A stretch of 64,000 nt of DNA from Octopus sinensis (GCF_006345805.1 NC_042998.1:82646001-82710000), one strand, 5' to 3'; shown: positions 28,020 through 42,844, counted from the stretch's first letter. Program-made: numbers and translations. Notes: generated by a model not told the origin, from the sequence alone.

Positions 28020-29920
28020 CGTGTGTGTGTGCGCGTGTGTGTGCATGTGTGTGTATGTATGTGTATGTACGCGTGTGTGTGTGTTTGTGTGTGTGTAAGT
28101 CAATACCGTGCTCTACTGTGTTAGCAGTGCTCTTTACATCATTTGTTAAAGATATTTCTACAGATATTCTATAGAAATTAAAGCCAGAACTGACGTTTCG
28201 TATCCGAGACGTCAGATGTAAACAATGAGATCGAAGATGAAAAATGGTACTGGGCGTATATGCCATATTCCGGGAATCATTGCCCCTTCACCAGCGCCCA
28301 TCTAACCCATTAATCGTCCACGAACATTGCTAAAAAAAAACACTAAATACAGCGGTGTAACGTTATACGATATACCAATTTTAAATATTAAACACTTTCC
28401 TAGAAGCTGGTATATAAATATTCATGACTTGTCGGGACGCGGTATTTTGTTATGCAATCATGACATTGTGAAGTGTTTTAAAAGTGTTTTTGTTTTTTGT
28501 AAGTGAATACCTTGTTCTTCAGTGTTAGCAGTGCATTTTACATTACTTGTTATGGTTATCTTTACATGATTGTGTTATTTCTATAGTCTTTATAGTTGGA
28601 AATCTGATGCAATCACAAAAGAACAATATTTGCTAGTAAAGCCGGTGATTGTGTTTCCATCGTCTCCCCAAATGAATAAAGGTCGACGACGATACAGTTA
28701 TTAAATATAATCATTTCCAAAATAAACACAAAACTTCACAGTTGACTACAATATCACTCAGGAGGAAGACTTGAACTCAGAAGAAAAAAATGGACTGAAA
28801 GAGATTCCGGAAGGCATTGTGTGCTGCGCTCGTATGACGCCACCTGCAACATATATTTAAGAGCTTACGTTATAATCATAATAACCATATAATCATAAAA
28901 AATACGTCAGATAAATTAACTTGTTATGAGACTATTTTTTTCCTTTTTTTATATAGCTGGAATAATGGTTGAAGTAAACAGTAGATTTTTAGCCAGCCAT
29001 TATCATTAATGCAAATAGACACTCTGTGATTATTAAATCCATTTTGTACATTACAGACAATCTCCCAAGTGTATTCAGAAACTATTTAATATCTTCACAG
29101 CAGCAGTGTCTGTCTGAGAATTGCTATTTATCATTCCAATTTTCTGTAGATGAGCAAAAGTACATTTTAGTATTTGATAAATTATCTACTTACATAACAA
29201 AAATACATTGCTCTTAAAACATGTCTTATGGTTTCTTCAACTATTTTTATATTATGAATGTGAATTTCAAATTTTGACAAGAGGTTTTATTTTAGTTTCT
29301 TTTTATTAGTTTTATAGGCAGCTCGAATAAAATTTCTTTCTTTCTCTAGCTCCTCCCTTTTGTCGTTTCCTTTCTTTTTTTTTCTTTTATAATGGTGAAA
29401 GAGCTAATTTTCCATGTTTATTTTAATAATAAAATCGACAGAAATCTTACTGGCATTTTTATATTCAAACACCAATGTTTATAATAAAGAAACTTTCCTT
29501 TCAGATACCCATCCTTTAGCTTCATTTAAAAAAAAGTACTAAAATTGAGAAACCTTCCAAATAAAGAGAATTATTTTACTTCAATTCAGATTTATGTATT
29601 CAGTAAAAGATATTAAATTTCACACTTTTTTTCGCCCTGATAATTCTTCTTATTGTGTTAAAAAAAATTCTGCACAAAAGATGCAAGACTCTTAAATATA
29701 TGTTTGAATCAACGTAGTGAACACGTCAGTCTATATGCAATTTACAACGATGAAATTTCAATAAATCATCAAAAATTTAATGGAGCTTATATGTATGCAT
29801 AGTTGAATTGACAAGGATAGATAGATAGACAGATAGATAGATGAGTGCATAAATATAAATATGTGTGGATGTATGTAAATATATATATATATAAAAGAGA
29901 GAAAAGAAAGAGAGTATATA

Positions 29921-30138
29921 TATCTTTTATTCTTTTACTTGTTTCAGTCATGTGACTGCGGCCATGCTTGGGTATCACGGTTTTAGTCGATCCAATCCAC
30001 CCCAGAACTTATTTTTAAAAGCCTAGTACTTATTCTATCGGTCTTTATTGTCGAACCGCTACGTTACGATGACATGAACACACCAGCACTGGCTGTCAAT
30101 CTGTGGTAGGTTACAGACACAAAGATACACACACTTAA

Positions 30139-30190
<52 letters not shown>

Positions 30191-30326
30191 CGATGGGCTT
30201 CCTTACTTTCCGTCTACCAAATACACTCACAAGTCTTTGGTCGGCCCGAGGCTATAGAAGATACTTGCCCAACGTGCCACGCAGAGTGACTGAACCTGGA
30301 ACTATACGGTTGGGAAGCAAGCTTCT
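29921..30326 (-). mobile_element. SINE family B lacking its first ~25 nt
   Basis: Begins at gaagcttgcttcccaacc, directly after the AATAAA end of the adjacent ORF1 element. Confidence 0.88.
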
Positions 30327-31737
<1,411 letters not shown>

Positions 31738-32004
31738 TATTTAAAAATTAAAATAAGGGTAGAAATTGATATTAATTAAAGCCAGTGGCCTAGCATATTA
31801 TTTTAAAAATCCGAAGATTAAAAATTTTATACATACAAAATTAAAAGGAATGACCACTAATAGTGGACAGCCTGTATGCTAGATATAGACGTCAAACTCG
31901 CCATTTGCCACGAAGAATGTGTTCTCAAAAACAAAATTCAGCAAAAACCAAAGTTTAAAAATAAGACAAATGAAAATATACGAAAATAAAAAAAAACCAT
32001 TACC

Positions 32005-32077
32005 TACGTACTAATTAGTTTCATTTGTTAATATTTACGTATATGGATACGTAAACATCTGCAAGATCATCAGCGTA
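32005..32077 (-). ncRNA. Type I hammerhead ribozyme motif
   Basis: tacg-CTGATGA-[helix II containing tgtttacgtat/atacgtaaata]-GAAA-ctaattag-TA-cgta; GUA cleavage triplet and palindromic helix III. Confidence 0.75.
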
Positions 32078-32482
32078 TTCTGTGGTTTACGAAATACAAT
32101 TTCCAGAACTAGATACAGGGCGCTCGACCGAAATTCAGCATGCATAAAGCTCTACAAATTATATTTATGTGTATTCTTCAAATGCCTTCACTTTGGCGCG
32201 CTGAGGTCGGAAATTACTCAGCAGTTAAGAAAGTACAGCAGTTAATTTATCGGCTAGAGAACATTTTTTATTTAAAAATTAGAATAACGGTCCCGGTCTT
32301 GGATTAACCTTGAAGCTAATGTTCAGGTCAGGTCGTTTGGGCAATACATATATATATAGTATTATATATATATATATATATATAATATTAGGGAGTATAA
32401 CTCCAAACTTACAGGGAAAAATTCAATTTAGTATTAAATCAAATTTCACAAATATATATTAGAGAAATATATTATGAAATAT

Positions 32483-33085
32483 AAATTAGAGAAGAAAAAC
32501 ACTATTATGCAATTCAAACAATGCTAGACATAAAACAAAATCATAAATATAAAATAAAACATATTCTTATAAAACATATAACTAGATCACAAAAAGTATA
32601 AAAATGAAAAATCAATATATAATAAGTAAAAAAACTACGTACGTTTCATGGCTATAACTAAATTCGAATTACAATTAAATTTAAATTTAATCGAAATCAA
32701 GTTAATTTAAAATTATAGCCACTCTTTAGGTTCACAATAATAGTTAAATAAATAAGTAGATAGAGTTAAACAATATTTATTTACAAATAAATAAATAAAA
32801 TAATGATGTTTCTTATAGAAGAAACTCCATTAACTAAATTTGAAACTTAAAACATTAGGATCAGTTTCCTACAATACAATTATTATGTTAAATATTTAAG
32901 GTAAAAAAAATTAATTATAGCCATGAAACGTACGTAAATTTTACTTATTATATATTAATTATTCATTTTTATACTTTTTGTGATCTAGTTATATGTTTTA
33001 TAAAAATAGTTTTTATTTTTTACTTATGATTTGGTTTATGTCTATCATTGTTTGAATTGCATAATAGCATTTTTTTCTCTAATTT
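32483..33085. repeat. AT-rich inverted repeat (PLE pseudo-LTR type)
   Basis: About 32483-32660 is the reverse complement of about 32913-33085. Confidence 0.8.
32633..32732 (-). ncRNA. Type I hammerhead motif with G5A core mutation
   Basis: aac-CTAAAGA-gtggctataa...ttatagccat-GAAA-cgtacg-TA-gtt; 10-bp helix II base and palindromic ACGTACGT helix III. Confidence 0.7.
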
Positions 33086-33488
33086 AGAAACCAATCAGAA
33101 ACGAATTGGTCCAGGAAACTAGATGGTAAAATGTTTTTATTTTTACATTTCGTTCCTGTCGAATTTTATCCCTAATTTTGTAGTTATGAAACCTAGCTGT
33201 TCTTTCTAGCATATTGAACCCACAAGTGGATTCCTCATGTGCTTAAATGTACACTGTATTTTATATATATACATATATAATTAATCAATATATTGATTAA
33301 TTATGAATTATAATCCCTATATTGATTAATTATGAATTTTCTGGTTAGTTCCGTAATGGAATCGGCGGCTTATATTTATTTGCTGCCGATAAATTTGGCG
33401 CGAGTGCGACGATTTGAAAATTTTAGGTCAGATATTGGCGAGGCATGGACGTGAATGCCTCGTGAAAAATATCTGTTCCGATTTGGCT

Positions 33489-33594
33489 ATTCCTTACTGA
33501 TGAATCTAAGGGCCTATGTAGATTGGCTTGATTTAATTTAATCAGGTCAGTTTACCATTAAACAGTAGACGAAACGGTGCATCGTATAAGGAAT
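33489..33594 (+). ncRNA. Type I hammerhead ribozyme with extended helix II
   Basis: attcctta-CTGATGA-atcta...tagac-GAAA-cggtgcatcg-TA-taaggaat; perfect 8-bp helix I and GUA site. Confidence 0.82.
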
Positions 33595-33725
33595 TTCAGG
33601 GTAAATGTTTTTTTCAATTTTCTCCTGGTTTACAGAATTAATGTTATTTTGCGGTTGAAGCTTTTTGGCTGTTATTTCTAGTGGGTGAATGGCCTATTAT
33701 GCCGTTCCTTGATTGTGATATATAC

Positions 33726-33756
<31 letters not shown>

Positions 33757-34379
33757 CATATATTATATATACATATATATATAGCAATAATAAATCTCTG
33801 GGCGAGAAGTAAGCAGTAGCAGCAAGCAAGCGTGAAGTATATTTGCCACGTAAGTGTGGCGGACACATAGAGGACGATGCTACCGTTGTTTATAGCCCTA
33901 GGAAGATATCTCCTCCGACTTACGTGATACACACAGACCCACGTTACTGGGAAGTCAGCCGTCATCAGTGGGAAAAGCATATACTATTTTGCGTTTGGAA
34001 TGAATTCACATCTCTAGCTGGTGATTATTCCTGTCCACTCCTTGTTAAAGAGTAAGTCTTCAGGCATGCATGATCATACGTATGTCTACATCTATATTCC
34101 AATGTAGGTCCTAGAAAAATCCAGTGCCTTATACAGAAACTCCTTCGATATAGATGGGTAAAAATCTACTATATCAAAATAGGCAAAACTTGCACTTCTC
34201 TCGCTACTATTGGTATTAAATCACTGTCTTACTTTTTGGGAGTTCCGCCAGAGAATGAGGCCAGAGCCCTACCTAATATCCTTATTGATCTTCCTGATAA
34301 ATAGATTGCTCACCAGGCCACTCTCAGACTTTGCAGGGTGTTTGGTTAATGTATGTGTTTGTGTGTGTGTGTGTGTGTG

Positions 34380-34632
34380 CAGTCTGTGAGTCTGTGTGTC
34401 TATGTGTGTGTTCATATGTGTGTGTGCATGTGTGTGTGTGCTTGAGAACTGGTGTTGGTCCGGTGTTGGTTTGTTTACACTATCGAAATGTAGCTGTTCG
34501 GTAAAAGGGAAACATAAAATAATTGTAAAAGACTTAAAAATCTAAGTACTGGAATCGATTGTTCGATTAACTCCTTTAAAGCAGTGCCCCGGCGTGGCCG
34601 CAAGTTTAATGACTGAAGCAAGTAAAAGATAA
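34380..34632 (+). mobile_element. SINE family B, 3' half
   Basis: Core and gtaaaagataa tail after a (TG)n tract. Confidence 0.75.
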
Positions 34633-34644
34633 TAGGGAAAGTTT

Positions 34645-35032
34645 TCTTTTCTAGGCACAAGGCTCGAAATTTGTGGGAGGGGGGCTTAGTCGATTAGATC
34701 GACCCCAGTACGCAACTGGTATTTATCATCCCCCGAAAAGTTGAAAATTAAAGTCGACTACGGCGGAATTTGAACTCAGAACGTAAAGACAGACGAAATA
34801 CCTATTTTTTTTACTACACACAAGGGACTAAACACAGAGACAAACAAGGATAGACAAACGGATTAAGTCGATTATATCGACCCTAGTGCGTAACTGGTAC
34901 TTAATTTATCTACCCCGAAAGGATGAAAGGCAAAGTCGACCCCGGCGGAATTTGAACTCAGAACGTAACGGCAGACGAAATACGGCTACGCATTTCGCCC
35001 GGCGTGTTAACGTTTCTACCAGCTCGCGGCCT
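34645..35032 (-). mobile_element. Dimeric SINE family A (178-bp internal unit)
   Basis: Core gtcgatt..atcgacc starts at 34689 and 34867. Confidence 0.9.
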
Positions 35033-35589
35033 TATAAAATGGAAATTATTGTGTAAAGTAACATGCTTAATAATTTGATCCAAATCTAAAGAAAATCTAG
35101 AGCATATTCTTCATAACAGAGTGATTTGTAGATAGCAAAGAATCGAGAAGAGGCAAGGAAAGTATTTGTATCCCAATCTGTATGAATTGATTGCCGTTAT
35201 AGAAATATATACAATGGGAAACCACAATGACGAGACAATGGCTATGCAGTCATTAATGAAAGGCAACACTGGAGTTCATTCAGATGCATTAGGAAGAAAT
35301 GAAGAAAATGGGAAATATTAAACTTCAATGTTAAAACGAAATTTACTTAATTCAGTAATTGAAATCTGCAATGTTAGAAGACCAACAGCTGCCGACTCAA
35401 TACAGACGTGGTAGTAATAATTGAATGTGTAAGACTTGCGGGGTAGGGAATAATGTTTTCTAGACATGTGATACTTACTTGACAGCTAATTATTGCAACA
35501 TAAGATATCAGGTTCTTAGAACAGATTTATATAATGTTGTTTCATATAAAAGGGTGTTATAGTTAAGTGGGATGATAATAGCTAATACA

Positions 35590-35895
35590 AAGGCGGCAAG
35601 ATAGCAGAATCGTTAGCGTACCGGCCAAGATGCTTAGAGGCATTTCGTCCGTCTTTGCGTTTATGAAGGCGGCGAGCTGGTAGAAACGTTAGCACGCCGG
35701 TTGAAATGCGTAGCCGTATTTCGTCTGCCGTTACGTTCTGAGTTCAAATTCCACCGAGGTCGACTTTGCCTTTCATCCTTTCGGGGTCGATAAATTAAGT
35801 ACCAGTTACGCACTAGGGTCGATGTAATCGACTTAATCCGTTTGTCTGTCCTTGTTTGTTCCCTCTATGTTTAGCCCCTTGTGGGTAATAAAGAA
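35590..35895 (+). mobile_element. SINE family A (partial head plus a copy with the alternative tail)
   Basis: Two heads; the second is followed by core and the ttaatccgtttgtctgtcc tail. Confidence 0.88.
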
Positions 35896-36294
35896 ACAGA
35901 TAATAGCTAATATACCTAGTCTAACGGTGGTCTGCCCTTGGGCAGGTGCTCTGCATCTGAAACTTCTTCCCATCTATAAGACCTGGAAGAACCCGTACCC
36001 TCCTCTGCCACCATAAAGTAGATTACTGGAACTTCGGCAGCCATGGATGGACTTGGAATGAATACTTGGATGCTGTCCCATTGCCTTCTCCAGGCAGATG
36101 GGATTTGAGCTTAAAATGTAGAGAGCCGGAAGATATACATTAAAGCATTTCTGCCGCCGCACCAACGATTCTGCTACTCTCTCACTTGGAGAGCAACGTA
36201 AATGTTTTGCTAAATAACACATCCCACTATCGCGAGTGCAACATCCTGACCAATACTAGACCACGTGACTAGTGGCTTACATACATACATACAT

Positions 36295-36850
36295 GCATGG
36301 TGGCTGCCCCCTCGTTATCTAGTATGGCCATTGCACGAAGCTTAATCAATGTTGTTATCGTGCAATGCCTGTGCCAGAAGATTTTTTTTAAGTGAAGAAA
36401 GGCTGTGCACAGAGTCAATCCCACTCACTAAGCAACAGCCGCCATAATCCGAAAAGAAGACCAAGTCAACATCATCGGTAACCACTGAGCCGCAGGTTTT
36501 ATGTCGGAGTTATCCCAGTTACCTGAGTTACCTTCTCCTAGAAGGATGCCCTAACAAAGGCTAGGAGTCCTTCACTTCCAATGGTTTAACCGCGCGATCG
36601 GGTATTCAGTCCGATTATTTCTATGTCCCCGCGCATAATACAGCCTTAAGACATTTATTGGATAGCCGCTGACTCTCAAGAGTTCCTCTGCCCTTTAACG
36701 GGTTTTGTTTTTCATCCCGCAGGGTGTCCAATAAACACTCTCCTCACCAAGTAAGCTTGGTGAGGTTGCCGGTTTAGTCGCCGACGACCCGACCATGCAA
36801 CAAGTTGTACTGGGTTACATGTTGCCAGTAGCACTCGAAAGTGACCTGAC
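36295..36850 (-). mobile_element. GC-richer repeat resembling an RTE/RTEX 5'UTR derivative
   Basis: Minus strand contains tagcctttgttagggcatccttctaggagaagg, similar to the RTE 5'UTR motif as I recall it. Several hairpins at the 5' end. Confidence 0.45.
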
Positions 36851-36863
36851 ATACATACATACA

Positions 36864-36893
<30 letters not shown>

Positions 36894-36894
<1 letters not shown>

Positions 36895-38059
36895 TTTGGG
36901 TCATCCCATAAATAATGCGGTTTTTTATATTAAGATAAATTCTTTTTTAAATCTAAAATAGACTCTCCTTCATTTTCTACAATGCTCTTCCATTTTTTTC
37001 CATACAAATGATTTTGAAGACTGTGGAATAAACGATAATTAGATGGTGCAGTGTCTGGCGAATATGGTGGGTGAGGCATCATTTCCTATTCAAACTGCTA
37101 CAGCCTTTGGAATATAATCCTTGTTGTATGTGGCCGAGCATTATCCTGTTGGAAAAATACCTTTCGTCTTCAAACGAAAGATGTCGTTTTTTTCTAGCGC
37201 TGACTTAAGCCACTCAAGCTGCTTGCTGTAGATCTTTTTTGTTATCGATTGGTTTGGATTTAAAATTTCAAAGTGGGCTAAACTTTTCATATCCCACAAA
37301 ACACATAACAACACCTTACGCGGGTGGAGACTATCTTTAGCCTGGGGTGCCGGTGTTTCTCCTTTCCCTACGCACTGTCCGCGGCGCTTGACCTTTTTTA
37401 TTTTTAGATAACCCATTTCTCGTCACCAATCATCATTATTCGGTCCAAGAAAGGTTCATTCGTGAGACGTGGCAGCAAAGAAGAGCACACAGTCACTCTC
37501 TGCGCGCGATTAGACTCGGAAAGTTTGTGAGGAAACCATTGATCCAATTTACTGTCTTCTCCGATGGCACGCAGGTGTCGATGAATGATTGAATGACCAG
37601 ATCCAAGTTTCTCTGCTAGTTTCTTAACAATTACGATGGAATTTTGTTCCACTAGGGTCTGCAGGAGGTCCTCATCGAGCTCTCCAGAACTTCCAGGACG
37701 AGGCTCATCTTCTAGGCTGTAGTTTTCTAGAACCTCCGTTGACACTGGCTTACGCTTATTGTCCGATCCCCATATACCGCCTTAATATTCCTCGCACTTT
37801 CCGTTGCGTAGTTGCCTTTATTGAATTCATAAAACAAAATATGCCGAATATGCTCCTTTGTAACTTCCTTTATAACTTTGAAAAAATAACAAATAACTGT
37901 TAAAATCAAACAGCACTCTTCAAAACTTGCACTAAGAATAGGGACAAAGTAAAATTACTACCTGATTTTATAACAAGTTGATACAGGTAGTTTATACCGT
38001 GCCCCTCCAACTTTTACTTTATGCAATTGAAAACTTCGCATTACTTATGGGATGACCTA

Positions 38060-38060
<1 letters not shown>
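36894..38060 (-). mobile_element. Mariner transposon with frameshifted transposase
   Basis: TIRs ggtcatcccataa(a/g)taatgcg. Remnants EHIRHILFYEFNKG, DEPRPG, WFPHKLS, GDEKW and KVLLCVLWD. Confidence 0.93.
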
Positions 38061-38091
<31 letters not shown>

Positions 38092-38469
38092 CTGTGTGTA
38101 GTGTATTGAGCTGCAGAAACTATCTAATCAATTAAAAATTACACCTTTAATGTTATCATTAATAATGATTGTTACCAAGAACGACAGGGGAAATAACTTA
38201 CAAAGTCCATTCGCTTAAAAATTTAATGAATATGATCTTGAGTAAGAAGTGGGAAATCTCAGAACATCTGTGTACTTTATTTGGCCTTTTCAGATAACTG
38301 TGATGGTAGTCTCACATAGGTCAAGGAAGACATTTCTGTAATTTTTTGCTGAAGCACTTGCACAAAATATTTTGTATACCGTGATCTAGTGTTTGTGCTG
38401 TAAATTTGCTCACTCCCTTCATCAAATGAACATTGCCTAAATAAGTACGCGGTGCACCACGCGTAAGAT

Positions 38470-38592
38470 GTTGAAGTAATAGCAAAGCAACGTGAGAAGA
38501 AGTGTTTTGCTTAAGAAAGCAACGCACGACCTAGTCTAAGGATTGAAACTACGATCTCGCGATACTGAGTCCGACACCCTTACAACTACGCC
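38470..38592 (-). mobile_element. SINE family C head, degenerate
   Basis: tRNA-like head plus gcaaaacact...cacgttgct core. Confidence 0.55.
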
Positions 38593-39072
38593 AATCACCC
38601 TAAATCAGATGAGTATAAATGTCTATACTACTGTAGACAGTTACCTCCCTTGAAACTAGTTGTATCATCCAATGGCCACTGGATGGCGCACATCTTGTTG
38701 CATTGTGGGAGAATTAAATCTATAGCATTTGGACGACGCAACCAAAGCGATTATACATTTTCTTCCTCTTGCGATTCCAAGAGATGTAACGGTGAAACAA
38801 CCACTTCTTACGTATATGAACACGAACGCACAGAAACTGCCTTTATCTCTCTCAATACAATTACTGTAATTTGCGTGCAATGTAAAGATTAAAATGAGTT
38901 ACAGCCGTATTTGCAAATTCTTATTGTCATTTTTTTTATTCTTGCATTTGGAAAATGTCTACCTTCTACATTTCAGCTTTGTTAGGTGCATAAGTTCCTA
39001 AAATACCATAGCCAGGCAAGTATAAAGGCTTTTAGTGGAAAACATTCGCTAATTAATTATTTGAAATTATAT

Positions 39073-39250
39073 GGAGGCGCGTAGGCAGAATCGTTAGCTC
39101 GGGCAAAATGGTTGGCGGTATTTCGCCCGACTTTTCGTTCTGCGATCATATTCCACCGAGATCAAATTTTGCTTTTCATTATTTCGCAGCTGAGCACTGA
39201 GGTGGATGTATTCAACTTAACCCTTCCTCCAAACTTGCTAGTTTTGTGTC
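39073..39250 (+). mobile_element. SINE family A, degenerate
   Basis: ggcagaatcgttagc head and core remnant. Confidence 0.65.
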
Positions 39251-39544
39251 AAAATTCGAAACTAATAATTAATAATTATGATATGCAGAAGGCATCCCTA
39301 GGAAGAGTTTTTTTTTTTACATGTAATATATAAGAGGAAGCAGCTTTGATAAACTAAACTAGACACTACGTTTTACATGGCATCGAGTTTGTTCTTTCCA
39401 AATGAATTTATAACATTTTTGTTGTTTCAAGACGTTCATTTTGTAAGTGAATCAAAAACATAGACTAATTAATCGTTTAGATTAATAAGATGCAGGTGGC
39501 ACGCCCAGAACATGATATTTCGTGTAATATATAATCGTTTCAAA

Positions 39545-39731
39545 ATTTAGCACAACGCCAGCAATTTTCGGGGTGGTTGCTAGTCGATTACATCGACCCC
39601 AGTGCTTAACTGGTACTTATTTTATCGACTCCGAAAGGGCAAAATGTAGAATCGACCTCGGCAGAATTTGAACGCAGGATTTGAACGAGTATTTTGCCCG
39701 GTACGCTAACTAGTGTGCTAGCTCACCGCCT
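39545..39731 (-). mobile_element. SINE family A
   Basis: gtcgattacatcgaccccagtgc core. Confidence 0.75.
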
Positions 39732-40168
39732 TATTCATGTAAAAGATAACAGGAAGCTGTTTTGATAAACTAAACACTGTGTTTTACATAATAATAAAGA
39801 GGTTGTATCTAAGTGAATCAAAAACAATATTCTATGTAAGCAGTACTAAGCTCAACAATACAGCTGTAAAAGTCATTTAAAGAGCAGTTAATTAATAATT
39901 CACTGTGTTATTTTGATACAATGATATTAGCTATACAAACGAGACATCATTATACGGAAATACATAATAGAGGCGATGCATCAAAGTTTCTTTAATAACC
40001 AACATAAGAATAATGATTTTCACGTTAATGACCGTCAAGCATACAGAAATTATGCATTGATTATATATCACAATAGTGAACAATTATGTCTTCGTTGGTT
40101 ATAGGTTTTCGTTAGAACAATGTAGATCTTAAGTGTGTCTTTGGCAGTGAAAATGGTGAAAGTAGCAA

Positions 40169-40338
40169 GGTACAGACGTGGCTGTGTAGTAAGCAGTTTA
40201 CTTCCTACCCAAATGGTTCCGAGATTAGTCCCACTTCGCGGCACATTGGATAATTGTCTGAAACTGAAAGACGACCGTCGTATATGTGTGTGTGTGTGTG
40301 TTTGTGGTGTGTGTGTGTGTGTGTGTGTATGAGTGTGT

Positions 40339-40391
<53 letters not shown>

Positions 40392-40617
40392 TGAGTGTGT
40401 GTCTTTGTGTCTGTGTTCGTCCCTCACCACCGCGTGACAACCGTATTTGGTGTATTTACGTCCTTGTAATTTAGCGGCTCGGTTAAAATGACCAATAGAA
40501 TAAGTACCAGACTTCAAAAATAAGTACTAGGGTCGATTCATTCGACTAAAATTCTTCACAGCAGTGCCCCAGCATGGCCGCAGTCTAATGATTGAAGCAA
40601 GTAAAAGATAAAAGATA
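40169..40617 (+). mobile_element. SINE family B, full length, long internal (TG)n
   Basis: Head, core and (aaagat)n tail. Confidence 0.9.
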
Positions 40618-40890
40618 AGGGAATGTCTGCCTCAGTGAAGAACAAACATAGTAAGGGACTTCGTTTAGTAAGAACGAGTTAAACAGTTTTCAGAAGATAA
40701 TCTCTTTTCATTCGCATGGCCTGGAGCAACACGCGTCTCGGCCCACGAGCTGAACCTGCGATCTTAACATTGAGATCCCATCACTCTAACCAATAGGCCA
40801 TACACTTTTATGCATACATACACACGCACACACACACGCATATATATATATATATATTCACATATAGATGACATATAGACATGCAGACAA

Positions 40891-40961
<71 letters not shown>

Positions 40962-41137
40962 TTGATAGATATCGGTTGCAATAGATAACAGAGAAGCTGT
41001 CCTGAGCTTCCACTAAGATGAGATTAAAATATTCCAAAATTACAATCCTTTAATTATTAGGAATGTTCTCACTCTCTCTCTCTCTTTTCTTTTTCTCTCT
41101 ATCTATTTATCTATCTATCCATCTGTCTATCGCTTTA

Positions 41138-41171
<34 letters not shown>

Positions 41172-41809
41172 CCTCCATTTATATGTATATATATATATAT
41201 GTATATATATCAATGAATCCATCTACCTTTCTTTTTTTACACTGTCTTCTCCCTATCTCTTTCTCTCTCTCTCTCTTCCTCTCTCTCTCTCTCTCTCCTG
41301 CTCTCTCTTCCACTTTCACTAAGTATGATGTTTTAATCTCGACATTACTTTCAAGAAAGTCTAAATATTTTACACTCTTACTGTAAATAAAATATTCTTC
41401 CGAAGTTGTCCTGTTTCTCGTTTTAAAGCCATGTTAAATTTCCAGTTTTCATTTGGTTGCTGTTGATTGCATCAAATAGAAAGCCATTATTACTGTACAT
41501 CCGAAGACTATGCTTTAGGGGATACGCTCTTTCAAGGACATTAGAAGGCAACTGGGAATCGGAGTCATCATGATTGCTGAAACGAAAGCAAACACCGTTA
41601 GTATGTGCTTGGAAGTGATGATTGAAATACCGAGAGCAAATTATGTATGAGCCAGCATAGAAATAAATATCAAATATATTATTAATCAATGTAAAATACG
41701 GCGTAAAAATATTTCGATCTCGTTAAGAGAATTCAAATCAACAGCTGCAAGAAAAGGATAATCTTGAAAATTTCTTCAACTTTTACAAGAAGTGTGTATA
41801 CTTGTAAAT

Positions 41810-41856
<47 letters not shown>

Positions 41857-42352
41857 GATGTATGTATGGATGTATGTATATATATAATATAAATAATATA
41901 TACATGCATATATGGGTACAGGACATCAAAAAAACTTTGAACGCAATGAGAAATGAAAACATAAAAACAAAAACATAGAAACGAAGTTTTTTGGGGGCGG
42001 GGGGAAACAGGAAGAATGCAAGAATGAGAGAGGGGTGAAAGGGATATTATAAAGGAGGAGAGATATAACTATGATTGTGAGAAAATGAATCACAAGACAC
42101 AGTGTGGGTGAATGTGAGAGAAGGAAATAGAAATGAGAAATGAGAGGAGTGATAGCTAGAGAAGTTGCATGTCTCGTTTCTCTATTTTTTTCGTTGTTCC
42201 AAAAAATAAGTTCGTTTCTACGCATGTATGTATACATGTATATGTAGGTATGTACATATATGTATGTATATATGCATATATTTATATATTATTTATATTA
42301 TTATATGATCGAACGCCACGCATCCTTTCCAAGTAAGTTTTATATAAATACA

Positions 42353-42454
<102 letters not shown>

Positions 42455-42844
42455 CTAATACAAACAGCAGTTTGCAATTTTTTACCAAAGAAGGAGAATT
42501 ACAAATGTCACTAAATGTGACTAGGGCGTTAGAAATAAGAGCTAAACGTCCTTAGTGCAATGGTTTTAAAATGCAATGGACTTTCAGAGATGTTTATTGA
42601 TTTGACCGATTTCACTTTTTTGGAAAAGATTATCAAAAGTAAAATGTAAAGCTTTGTGTAAGCTTTGTTGTGTTAAAAAATGTTTAGTACAAATGTATTA
42701 AAATACAGTTTAAAGACTTTAATAATGATGAGAAAATGTTAAAAACACTTTAAATGAAAGTATACAAGAAAAGGAATACAATAAGTATTTTGAGTTCAAT
42801 AAAAATCATGCTTTTTTTCGGTAGTATATATATATATATATATA

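Noticed and set aside
28186-28220. CTGACG...GAAACGTCAG on the minus strand
   Set aside because: A9 is absent and helices I and II are unpaired; at most a decayed PLE remnant.
36720-36850. HDV-like ribozyme at the 5' end of the RTE-like repeat
   Set aside because: Several hairpins are present, but I could not build P1, P1.1, P2 and J4/2 consistently; needs a descriptor search.
41423-41722. Minus-strand ORF of about 100 codons near a strong-looking acceptor
   Set aside because: The acceptor at about 41745 does not lead into this frame without a stop, and no motif is recognised.
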